DNA of 64,000 nt, taken from assembly GCA_963706025.1 (NCBI GenBank), contig CAVPLM010000020.1, forward strand, positions 58,293 to 122,292. Reading direction: 5' to 3'. A model generated the notes under the pieces. That model had not been told where the DNA came from. It saw only the letters and a program-made list of their open reading frames with translations, and did no database searches. Made by a program: the position numbers and the translations under genes. Positions 28,015 through 35,971 of the stretch are shown here, piece by piece; positions within the stretch are counted from its first letter, which is position 1, and each line of letters starts with the position of its first letter. This stretch comes from an uncultured Actinomycetes bacterium (lineage in GTDB: Bacteria > Actinomycetota > Thermoleophilia > RBG-16-64-13).

Positions 28015-28460
28015 CGCTCTCTCACCCGGGCGGCCGCCGCGACCAGCTTCTCGAGAGCTCCGACGACCTGGTCCAATTCTTGGCCGAGCTCTCCTGCCAC
28101 CTCTTCGAGGAAGGGCCGGGTCTGCTGCACCAGCTCTCCCGCCAATTCCTGGCCGGTCTCGGTCAGCTCCAACGGTATCTGCCGACGATCGCCTTGACTG
28201 GTACCCCGAGCCACCAGCCCGCGGTCCGCGAGTTTGGAGACCAGCCCGCTCGTGGTCGACATGGTGACCCCCAAGCTGCGGGCGAGTTGGCCGGTCGTGA
28301 TCCCCGGTGTGCGCCGAACTTGGAACAGCACGCGCAGTTGAGGCAGGGTGACCTGGGAACGCTCCCACTGGCCCAGCCTGAGAGTGTCCAGGTCCCGCAG
28401 GGCCTGCCAATAGGCAGCACGGAATCGATCGTGGGGCGAAGATGTCCCTTCACAAAGCAT
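28011..28460 (-). CDS. MarR-family transcriptional regulator
   Basis: Winged-HTH ...LPQLRVLFQVRRTPGITTGQLARSLGVTMSTTSGLVSKLADRGLVAR...DRRQIPLELTETG.... Confidence 0.9.
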   Translation of the reverse strand: MLCEGTSSPHDRFRAAYWQALRDLDTLRLGQWERSQVTLPQLRVLFQVRRTPGITTGQLARSLGVTMSTTSGLVSKLADRGLVARGTSQGDRRQIPLELTETGQELAGELVQQTRPFLEEVAGELGQELDQVVGALEKLVAAAARVRER

Positions 28461-28467
28461 GACGGAG

Positions 28468-28497
28468 ATTGTACGGTACTACCGTACTATTTGGCAA
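28468..28497 (-). promoter_or_regulatory. marR-MFS promoter with palindromic operator (TTGCCA-18 nt-TACAAT), apparently leaderless
   Basis: Minus strand reads TTGCCAaatagTACGGTAgTACCGTACAATctccgtcATG. The 7-1-7 inverted repeat TACGGTA-n-TACCGTA fills the spacer. The -10 ends 7 nt before the marR ATG and there is no RBS. Confidence 0.55.
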
Positions 28498-30289
28498 CAC
28501 CTAACGGTTCAGGCGGGATACCTCGTCTCGCGCGAAACGGGGCCATTCCACGGAGACGCCTCCGTCGAAGGCCTGCACGCCCTCCCCCGGCTCCAGGACT
28601 TCCCCGATGTCGGCGATCTCGATCCCGACTATCGGCGACGGCCGCGGCCAAAGGACCGGCGTCCGCGGCAGAGCAGGTGATGAGCAGACTGCCCGAGCCG
28701 ATGACACCCAGCGGGTCTATGCCCAGGATGGAGCACACGCGCGCGGTCTGCGGGTACACGGGGATGCGGTCCACATGGACGCGCAGCCGGCGGCCGCCGG
28801 CTGCGCCCAGTTCCCTGACGGCCGTGGCCAACCCGCCTTCCGTGACGTCATGCATGGCGGTCACTCCCGTGAAAGACCGGGCGACCCGAGCCTCCTCGAG
28901 GATCCCCATCCGCTCAAGGAAAGCGGCGCAGTCTGCTATCTCGGCCTGCGTCATGCCCTCTCGGGCCAGTCGATGGGCGTACTCCCGAGCGATGAGACCG
29001 GTGCCTTCTATCGCCACCCCTTTGGTCATCAGGATGCGGTCACCCTTTTGCATGCGGCGCTTGTCGATGAGTTGCCCCCCGACGATCGTCCCTGCCATCG
29101 TCCCGATCACCATGGGCCGGGAGACTGCATCCGTGATCTCCGTGTGCCCGCCGCACAGGGAGACGCCGTAGGTCGAGCACACCTCCTGGATATCACGCGC
29201 CAAGGCCAGCACCTCGGAGGCGCTCGACCCGGAGGGGAAGAGCAGCGTGCTGAGGAACCACCTGGGAGTCGCCCCGCTGGTGGCCACGTCGTTGGCATTC
29301 GCCAGCACCGCGTAGCGGGCAAGCGAGTCCACAGCCAGCGTGATGGGGTCAGAGGCCAGTACCAGTACCTCCGATCCTCCGCTGTCCATCGCAGCCGCAT
29401 CTTCACCGATCCCTGCCCCCACGAGCACGGTCGGGTCATCTGAGGCTATCCCCGCCAGGCTGACCTCCAGCAGATCCGACGGCAACTTGCCCACGGGGAG
29501 GGGGATGCCGTACCGGATGACGGTTTGGGCTTCGACCAGATCGGCTACAACGAAGTCCGCGCCGACCGCAGGCGGGTCCATCAGGGGATTGTTGCGCAGG
29601 AACATCGTCAGAGTCCCCGCCCGTTTGCCCGCCTCGATGTCGAAAGCATGATCGCCGATCATCAACAGCTCACCGGCCTCCACACCCAGTTCTTCGGCCA
29701 CGTGCAAGACACCGCCGGGGAACGGCTTGGGATCGAACGGGAGATCGCGCGAGACGATCAGGGCGAAGTCGGCCGGATCGACCCCGGCAAAGCGGGCCAG
29801 TGCCCGCTGCACGCTCACACCCGCGTTGCGGGTGATGATCGCCATGGGGACCTTCTGCCCACGTAGGAAAGCGATCAGAGCCTCGGCGCCGTCACTGGGT
29901 TCGGCATGGTCGGCCGCCTCTCTCTCCGCTCCCTCCAAGACGGCCTCGTAGCGCTGCCGTTCTTCGACGTCGTCTATCTCGCGCAGATACTCCAGCAGGC
30001 CCGTCTCGGGCGGGCAGCCGATCTCCCGCTTGATGGCCGCCAAGTCGAGGTCCTCCGGTCTGGTGAGGGTACCATCGAAATCGAAAAGCACCGCCGCCAC
30101 GCGAAAAGGCGCACCCGAGCGAAGGAACGGGCCGTTATCCTCGCTCGTGCGATATTCCCCCGTTGGGTCTCGATGCTCGCTCTTCAAGGGCAGACTCCTT
30201 GTCCCGGCCACGCAGGCGGCCCCACGTCGGGCACTCCGCCCGCGCAAGCATGCTACCAGTTTAGGCTCGATCCTGGTCGCCCGAGCCAA
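28487..30289 (-). CDS. fusion of HAD-superfamily phosphatase (N-terminal) and AIR-synthase-related PurM/HypE/ThiL-fold protein (C-terminal)
   Basis: HAD motifs I (VLFDFDGTL), II (...IITRN...) and III/IV (...MIGDHAFDIEAGKRAG...). The PurM-like N and C domains follow (...GEDAAAMD...DPITLA...NDVATSGA...CGGHTEI...AMHDVTEGGLA...). A 1-nt indel at about 28637 shifts the last 45 codons. The reframed end ...GIEIADIGEVLEPGEGV...RDEVSRLNR stops at 28501, just outside the marR promoter. The start may be GTG 30100. Confidence 0.7.
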   Translation of the reverse strand: MARATRIEPKLVACLRGRSARRGAACVAGTRSLPLKSEHRDPTGEYRTSEDNGPFLRSGAPFRVAAVLFDFDGTLTRPEDLDLAAIKREIGCPPETGLLEYLREIDDVEERQRYEAVLEGAEREAADHAEPSDGAEALIAFLRGQKVPMAIITRNAGVSVQRALARFAGVDPADFALIVSRDLPFDPKPFPGGVLHVAEELGVEAGELLMIGDHAFDIEAGKRAGTLTMFLRNNPLMDPPAVGADFVVADLVEAQTVIRYGIPLPVGKLPSDLLEVSLAGIASDDPTVLVGAGIGEDAAAMDSGGSEVLVLASDPITLAVDSLARYAVLANANDVATSGATPRWFLSTLLFPSGSSASEVLALARDIQEVCSTYGVSLCGGHTEITDAVSRPMVIGTMAGTIVGGQLIDKRRMQKGDRILMTKGVAIEGTGLIAREYAHRLAREGMTQAEIADCAAFLERMGILEEARVARSFTGVTAMHDVTEGGLATAVRELGAAGGRRLRVHVDRIPVYPQTARVCSILGIDPLGVIGSGSLLITCSAADAGPLAAAVADSRDRDRRHRGSPGAGGGRAGLRRRRLRGMAPFRARRGIPPEPLGVAK

Positions 30290-30298
30290 GCCGCGGCC

Positions 30299-31060
30299 TC
30301 AGCCCAGTTGCGTCGCCCGGGCGGCCTGACGCACGGCCAGAGCCCCGGTGAGGGTCGCGAAGGCCAGCATCACCCCCAGGCCGATCAGCAGCGGTTTCAG
30401 CACCCAGCCATCGATGAGCAACGAGCGCATGGCGTCGTAGATGTAGGTCGTGGGGTTCACCGTAGCCGCCCATTTCAGCCAGCCGGCCTCTATGTATTCT
30501 TTGGGGACGAAGGTGGTGGAGAGAAAGATCAAGGGGAAGAAGGCGAAGGTGGCCGCTTGCGCGGCCGCTCCGCTCTTGGTCTTGAGGGCTATGAACACGG
30601 CGTAGCCGGCAAAGGCCATGCCCCACAGAAAGGCGAAGACCAGCACCAGTATGAGGCCGGCCGGGCCGGCGGCGGCCTTCAGGCCCAGACCCAGCCCCAA
30701 TGCCAGGATCAGCACCACCTGACCGACCAGGATCACGGCACCCGCGACCATCGGCCCCCACACCAGTGACAGTCTCGATGCCGGGGTGAGGAGTAGCTTC
30801 GTGAAGTAGCCCGATTCGATATCGGTCACCAACGCCTGCCCGGCGATGCCCGCTCCCCCCACTGAGGCCGACACGATAGACACGGGGATGATGAAGGCCA
30901 GATAGGAGCCCCTGAAGCCCGGCAGTTGGGCCACCGACGAGAGGCCTGAGTTGAAGACAAACAAGAAGAACACGCTGATGGCTATGTTCGGGATGAGGGC
31001 TATCGGCGTTCGCAGGCTGCCCCGCAGCGAGCGCCAGATGAGAACGAGAACGTCGGTCAT
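30299..31060 (-). CDS. ABC-2-type transporter permease
   Basis: 253 aa with six TM helices. The start overlaps the upstream ATPase stop by 4 nt. Confidence 0.85.
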   Translation of the reverse strand: MTDVLVLIWRSLRGSLRTPIALIPNIAISVFFLFVFNSGLSSVAQLPGFRGSYLAFIIPVSIVSASVGGAGIAGQALVTDIESGYFTKLLLTPASRLSLVWGPMVAGAVILVGQVVLILALGLGLGLKAAAGPAGLILVLVFAFLWGMAFAGYAVFIALKTKSGAAAQAATFAFFPLIFLSTTFVPKEYIEAGWLKWAATVNPTTYIYDAMRSLLIDGWVLKPLLIGLGVMLAFATLTGALAVRQAARATQLG

Positions 31061-32031
31061 GATGCCTCCTCCGTTGAGCCTGTCATACGATGGCCGGTCG
31101 CTCTCAAGAACACGTCGTCGAGAGTCGGCTCGTTGAGGACCAGGGCTTCAAGCGGTATCTGGGCCTCATCCAGCGCCCTGACCAGCCCGGCAAGCTTGTC
31201 GGCCGCGGCCGTGAAGTAGCAGAGCAGGTCGCGCCCCACCAGTTGCCGCTTCGGAGCCAATGCTTCCAGGGCCGCGCCCGCTCGTTCGGCCAGCTCGGAA
31301 GAAGCGAAACTGAGGGTCACCACCTCACTTCCTATCTCCTTCTTGAGCGCGCGCGGAGCCCCCTGGGCCGCGATCCGGCCTTTGTTGATGATGGCCACCT
31401 CGTCCGCGAGTCTGTCGGCCTCCTCCAGGTATTGGGTGGTGAGGAAGATCGTCATCCCCCGCTCCGTGTTGAGCCGGCGCACCTCCTCCCAAATGCCGAG
31501 ACGGCTCACCGGATCAAGGCCGGTGGTGGGCTCGTCCAGAAAGAGGATCTCGGGGTCGTGCACCAGGGCTAGAGCCAGATCGAGCCGGCGCTTCATGCCG
31601 CCCGAGAACTGCCCCACCCGCTTCTTGGGATCGACGTCGTCCAGACCCACCGTCTTCAGGAGCTGGTCGGCCTTGGCCCGAGCGGTGGCGGAATCCACTG
31701 AGAAGAGGCGAGACTGCAGAACCAACATCTCGCGCGCGGTCATGAGCGGATCCAGGCCTACCTCCTGGAGGGCCACTCCTATCCGCGCGCGCACCTTCTG
31801 GGGCTCGGTGATCACGTCGAAGCCGCCCACCCGGGCAGACCCGGCCGTTAGAGCGAGAATCGTCGCGAGCATCTTGACCGTCGTGGTCTTCCCCGAGCCG
31901 TTCGGTCCGAGAAAGCCGAAGATCTGCCCGGACCGGATGTTCAGGTCGACACGTCGACCGCTCTCAGATCCGCGAAGTCGCGGGTTATGCCTTCGGCGAC
32001 GATGCTCCTGTCACCGTCTGGCGTACTCATC
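31057..32031 (-). CDS. ABC transporter ATP-binding protein (DrrA/CcmA-like), frameshift in the Walker-A region
   Basis: The ORF 31057-31872 has the Q-loop, signature FSGGMKRRLDLA and Walker B ILFLDEPTTGLD. Upstream, ATG 32031 (GAAGGAG RBS) reads MSTPDGDRSIVAEGITRDFADLRAVD. After a missing base at about 31952 it continues ...VDLNIRSGQIFGFLGPNGSGKTTTVKMLATIL. Confidence 0.85.
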
Positions 32032-32044
32032 TGGCCATACTCCT

Positions 32045-32941
32045 TCACATGAGGTAATAGAGCAGAACAGGGATGACGACCACGGCGGCCATCGTCGTCA
32101 CCAGCACCACCGACGAGACCAGTTCGGCCTCGTTTCTGTACTTGGTAGCAAACACGGCGGTCATAACGGCCGAGGGCATGGCCGATTCGAAGATCACCAC
32201 CGCTCGGGGGATCCCGGTGAAGCCCATCAGCCACACGGCAAGTAGACCGAAGGCCAACCCTCCCCCCATCCTTAGCGCACTCGCTACCAAGGTCAGTGGA
32301 AGATGAGCGAGGCGGATCTTGCCGATGCTCATACCCAGGACAAGCAGGATGAGGGGTGCACCCGCCTGGCCTACGAACCTGAGCGAGTTCATCACCAGAT
32401 CGGGCAGAACGACGCCCGCCAGGTTGAGCACCAAGCCGAGCACCGCCGCGTATACCAGCGGCGTGCGCAGCATCACCCTCAGCCCCTCCTTGAGATCCGA
32501 CTGCCCGGCGGCGACGTAGACACCCACCGAGTAGACCAGTATCCCGTAGGGCATGTAGAAGAGCGCGGCATTGGCCAACCCCTCGGCCCCGAAGGCCAGA
32601 TAGATGATGGGGAAGGCCATATTGACAACGTTCGCGAAGACGATGGGTAGATAGAGGCCCGAATGCTTCGTCTTGCCCAAAGCGAACACCAAGCGCGCCA
32701 GCACGAACGTCCCTCCCATGATGAGCAGAGACGATGCCCACAATTTGGCGGCCACGCTCAAGACGATGGGGGTGGACAGCATCGACGTGATCACCAAGCA
32801 GGGGATGGCTATGTACAGGGCCAGGTCGATCAGTACCGCATAGCTCAACCGACTGAATCTGCCGAAGACGTAGCCGAGAGCTATGGCGAAGAACGTGGGT
32901 GCGACGATGGACGCGATCTCTTGCATCGTGCCAGCGTACAC
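32045..32941 (-). CDS. AEC (auxin efflux carrier) family transporter
   Basis: About 10 TM helices with the family-typical N-terminus ...IVAPTFFAIALGYVFGR.... The start is GTG 32941 or ATG 32926. Confidence 0.85.
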   Translation of the reverse strand: MYAGTMQEIASIVAPTFFAIALGYVFGRFSRLSYAVLIDLALYIAIPCLVITSMLSTPIVLSVAAKLWASSLLIMGGTFVLARLVFALGKTKHSGLYLPIVFANVVNMAFPIIYLAFGAEGLANAALFYMPYGILVYSVGVYVAAGQSDLKEGLRVMLRTPLVYAAVLGLVLNLAGVVLPDLVMNSLRFVGQAGAPLILLVLGMSIGKIRLAHLPLTLVASALRMGGGLAFGLLAVWLMGFTGIPRAVVIFESAMPSAVMTAVFATKYRNEAELVSSVVLVTTMAAVVVIPVLLYYLM

Positions 32942-32963
32942 TGCCCGCGCCCATCGCCGCTAG

Positions 32964-33758
32964 ATGCGGGAAGCGGAGCGTGGTATAAGTCCGGCAGTGG
33001 ACGAATCGACCTTCTATCACTGGCTGGTGATCGCCTGGATGGCCCTCGCGGCCGTCACGTTCGTCGCCCTCTTCTTCGTCACCGCCCCCTACGGCCGCTT
33101 CACGCGCGGCGGCTGGGGTCCACGCATGAGCGCCCGCTGGGGATGGGTGCTCATGGAGTCACCCGCGCTGCTCACCTTTGTCGTCATATGGGCCGTCAGC
33201 GACCGGAAGTCGAACCCGGTGGGTTTGGTTCTGCTTCTGTTCTGGGTGGCGCACTACCTGCACCGTGCGCTCATCTACCCCTTCCGCCTTCACAGCAGCC
33301 GGCCCAGCATCACGGCGTCGGTGATCGTCATGGGCGCCTGCTTCAACATCGGGAACGGCTATCTGAACGCCCGTTACCTCTACGCGCTGGGTCCCGAACT
33401 GCAGACTTCGTGGTTCCTCGATCCCCGTTTCATCGTCGGAGCGTTGCTCTTCTGGTCCGGCTACGTCCTCAACCAGCACTCCGACCGCGTGTTGATCCGC
33501 CTGCGCCGCGAGGGGCAGACCGGCTACAAGATCCCTTACGGAGGGGGATACCGGTTCGTATCCTGCCCCAACTATCTGGGGGAGATGGTGGAGTGGGGTG
33601 GTTGGGCGCTGGCCTGCTGGAACCCCGGGGCCCTGGCCTTCTTCGTCTGGACGGTCGCCAATCTGGCTCCGCGGGCGATCAAGACCCATCGTTGGTACCG
33701 AGAGAACTTCCCCGATTACCCCCGGCGACGCAAGGCCCTGTTGCCCTTCATCGTCTGA
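32964..33758 (+). CDS. 3-oxo-5-alpha-steroid 4-dehydrogenase-like (SRD5A/DUF1295-type) membrane reductase
   Basis: C-terminal signature ...QHSDRVLIRLRREGQTGYKIPYGGGYRFVSCPNYLGEMVEWGGWAL...HRWYRENFPDYP.... Confidence 0.8.
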   Translation: MREAERGISPAVDESTFYHWLVIAWMALAAVTFVALFFVTAPYGRFTRGGWGPRMSARWGWVLMESPALLTFVVIWAVSDRKSNPVGLVLLLFWVAHYLHRALIYPFRLHSSRPSITASVIVMGACFNIGNGYLNARYLYALGPELQTSWFLDPRFIVGALLFWSGYVLNQHSDRVLIRLRREGQTGYKIPYGGGYRFVSCPNYLGEMVEWGGWALACWNPGALAFFVWTVANLAPRAIKTHRWYRENFPDYPRRRKALLPFIV

Positions 33759-33818
33759 CCGAGACCGGCCCTGATGGCCCGCTCACACCCGGCGCGCTAG
33801 AATGGCCCCGTTGCGGTC

Positions 33819-34638
33819 ATGTCGGCGATGCGGCGCTCCTGCATCGCCAGATTCTGGGAGAGGCTGAGAACCAGAGTGAGTGCCAATACGAGCCGGGTGC
33901 TGGCGACGGCTCCGGTGGCCCGGAGCGTCTTCTGGCTGATGATCACCCTGCTGGCCTGGGAGTTGTTCCAGGGCCTGCGGGCCTCGGCACCCATCCCGGA
34001 GGGCTCCTGGGCGCTCACTCCCTTCGACCTGGCGTTCCTGGTTGCTGCTGCCCGCCCTGAGCGCCTTCGCCTTCACCCGTCTCTTCCTTGTGGTCACGCA
34101 GTCCTCCCGGGGGACGTTGAACGTCTACTCGGTCATATCGAGCCCTCTTGCCTGGATGTTCTGGGTAGGTCTCGGGGTCGGCATGATCGGGCATGGCGTG
34201 CACCTTGCGGGTCACGCGGCGCAGAGATCGCTGCCCGACATCTTCGAACAGGGCGAGTTCGCCGCCAAGATCGCCTTTCTCGACGTGCGCCTGGGCTACT
34301 TCTTGTTGGGGCTTGGCTTCTTCCTGGCCACCCTGGCGATCCTCCTCGTGGGCCAGGGCGTGGGGCAACGGATATCGGGAGCCGAGCGTCTGCTCTTCGT
34401 GACGGGATCACTGGCCACCTACGGCCTCGTGATCGTATACCTGGGAGTAGAGGGGAGGCAGATCATCCCCGCCATCGCGGCCAGCGTGATACTGAGCGCG
34501 GTCAGCTTCTGGACCCTTCCGGCCTCTGAGATCACGAGGGATCCCATCGGGGCCTTGGTCGTGCCCGGCACGCTTCTGGCCGGGATTGCGCTGATCGTCT
34601 GGACCTTGATCGTGGGCGGGCAGCCCACCTGGCCTTGA
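33819..34638 (+). CDS. hypothetical polytopic membrane protein (frameshift about 34042)
   Basis: Frame A (33819-) reads ...VFWLMITLLAWELFQGL...TPFDLAFLV. Frame B (to 34638) continues with LLLPALSAFAFTRLFLV... and 5-6 further TM helices. I recognise no family. Confidence 0.5.
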
Positions 34639-34683
34639 TGCTCGTTTCGGAATGAAGTCTCGGCCGCCCGGTCTGCGCTGGGC

Positions 34684-34689
34684 TATAAT
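34684..34689 (+). promoter_or_regulatory. perfect -10 (TATAAT) with GC-rich discriminator upstream of tRNA-Ser
   Basis: ggcTATAATCGCGCCctg lies 31 nt upstream of the tRNA 5' end. The same 12-mer TATAATCGCGCC recurs upstream of dnaX. Confidence 0.45.
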
Positions 34690-34719
34690 CGCGCCCTGTC
34701 GCAAGCCATCACGCCTTGC

Positions 34720-34810
34720 GGAGTGGTGTCCGAGCTGGCTTAAGGAGCACGACTGGAAATCGTGTAGGCGGGGGAAACTCGTCTCGAGGGTTCGAATCCC
34801 TCCCACTCCG
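34720..34810 (+). tRNA. tRNA-Ser (anticodon GGA)
   Basis: Cloverleaf folded by hand. Acceptor GGAGTGG/CCACTCC, anticodon stem CACGA/TCGTG with loop CTGGAAA, a 7-bp long variable arm, T-arm GAGGG-TTCGAAT-CCCTC and discriminator G. CCA is not encoded. Confidence 0.9.
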
Positions 34811-34852
34811 CCTCTAGCCCATATCCAGAAGGACCCAGCTGTGAGGAGCCGC

Positions 34853-35461
34853 ATGTCGGTAGCACGATACACAAGAGCCACCACAACGATGGTCGCGATG
34901 GGCGTTCTGGTCGTTTTGGCCCTCACCGCGATCACCGGTGGGTGCTCCTCGGGGGAATCCGGTGACACGATGACCACGGCCTCAGGCACCAGCGTCGGCC
35001 CCACCACCAGCGTCGGCCCCACCACCAGCGTCGGCCCCACGACCACGACCTTGCCCGAGGCGTTGTCCGACTGGGACCGGCAATTGGCCGAGACCGCCCA
35101 GGTCCAGAATCGGCTCGCGGTCTATCTCACCGAACAGGGGGCCGCCAAGGACGACCCTCGCCTGGCCGTCATCTACGGGCTCCGAGCCCGCACCCAAGCG
35201 ATCACCGGGCGCCAGGCCCTCGACCAGGGCGACCTTGAGCTGGCCGATATGGCCATGAAGGAGGTCTATCCCACTCTCAACTTAGGTCGCAACTTGGCCG
35301 AAGGGTCGGTGGCCCAGACCCTCGAGGACGCCCACGCGATCATCGCAACGTTGGGGGCGCCCTCGGACAAACCAGACGAGGCCGCCACTCTGCTCGAGCA
35401 GTTCATCGCCCAGTTGGCCCCGTTGCTGGACGAGGCGAGGGCGCTGGTCCCTTCCACGTAG
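34853..35461 (+). CDS. hypothetical lipoprotein with Thr/Ser/Gly/Pro repeat linker
   Basis: GAGGAG RBS, a signal peptide with lipobox ...LTAITGGC, a (GTSVGPTT)x3 linker and a helical C-terminal domain. The longer ORF from 34652 would run through the tRNA gene, so I reject it. Confidence 0.65.
   Translation: MSVARYTRATTTMVAMGVLVVLALTAITGGCSSGESGDTMTTASGTSVGPTTSVGPTTSVGPTTTTLPEALSDWDRQLAETAQVQNRLAVYLTEQGAAKDDPRLAVIYGLRARTQAITGRQALDQGDLELADMAMKEVYPTLNLGRNLAEGSVAQTLEDAHAIIATLGAPSDKPDEAATLLEQFIAQLAPLLDEARALVPST
34988..35041 (+). repeat. 3 x 18-bp in-frame tandem repeat (accagcgtcggccccacc)
   Basis: Three consecutive copies with 53/54 identity, encoding TSVGPT repeats in the lipoprotein linker. 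Confidence 0.95.
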
Positions 35462-35550
35462 GCGACCGGCGCCCGCCGGAACGTCGCGGGCCGCTGCCGC
35501 GTCGGGGCGAGCTTTCCAAGTCATGCCGATGTGCACCGGTCACCCTGCGG

Positions 35551-35556
35551 TATACT
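35551..35556 (+). promoter_or_regulatory. candidate -10 (TATACT) for the SRP RNA gene
   Basis: It ends about 6-8 nt before the predicted 5' end of the SRP RNA. Confidence 0.4.
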
Positions 35557-35561
35557 CCCCG

Positions 35562-35832
35562 CGACCGTGCTAGGTGGGGAGCTAGCGGTGCCCTGTACCC
35601 GCAATCCGCTTCAGCGGGACTGAATCCCCACCCCAGGAGCGGGTCTGTGAGGTCTGACGTCGGCAAGCGGTGTTGACGGCCGGGTCCTGCGCAATGGAAA
35701 TCCGTGAACCGGGTCAGGACCGGGAGGTAGCAGCCCTAAGCGGACTCTTCCATGTGCCGCGGGGTAGCTTGGCTTGAGCCGGCTACCGGCGGGCGCTCGG
35801 AGGTCTGTCTTCGAAGGTGGGTGCACGGTCCT
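35562..35832 (+). ncRNA. ffs: signal recognition particle RNA, long (Bacillus-type, with Alu domain)
   Basis: Domain IV core GGGTCAGGACCGGGAGGTAGCAGCC. Alu-domain blocks match my recollection of B. subtilis scRNA: GCGGTGCCCTGTACCCGCAATCCGC, GGTGTTGACGG and GGGTCCTGCGCAATGGAAATCCGTGAACC. The 5' (GACCGTGC) and 3' (GCACGGTC) ends pair. The gene sits in the conserved position directly upstream of dnaX. Ends are good to about +/-5 nt. Confidence 0.85.
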
Positions 35833-35925
35833 TTGTCGCCCCAGGAGCTCGAGACCTCCATCGAGATCTTCCGCCGGACCGCTCGGTGCTTCGTCCTCCT
35901 GCGCCGGGCCCAGGAGGACGACTGA

Positions 35926-35931
35926 TATAAT
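35926..35931 (+). promoter_or_regulatory. perfect -10 (TATAAT) upstream of dnaX
   Basis: gaTATAATCGCGCCact lies 41 nt upstream of ATG 35972. The 12-mer is identical to the tRNA-Ser promoter candidate. Confidence 0.4.
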
Positions 35932-35971
35932 CGCGCCACTCGGCGAGCGCTATCAAGGAGTCGCCCGGCGC

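Noticed and set aside
31941-34060. 359-aa minus-strand ORF (31941-33020) and 465-aa plus-strand ORF (32663-34060)
   Set aside because: They are alternative-frame or antisense readings of the AEC transporter, the ABC ATPase N-terminus and the SRD5A-like gene. Only the last 30 codons of 31941-33020 (MSTPDGDRSIVAEGITRDFADLRAVD) are real, as the frameshifted start of the ABC ATPase.
34652-34852. N-terminal 67 codons of the 269-aa ORF starting at 34652
   Set aside because: This part runs straight through the tRNA-Ser gene. A proper RBS and ATG (34853) with a lipoprotein signal peptide lie just downstream.
34720-35560. Genomic island or prophage integrated at tRNA-Ser
   Set aside because: There is no integrase, no direct repeat of the tRNA 3' end that I could find downstream, and the following genes (SRP RNA, dnaX) are core housekeeping genes in conserved order.
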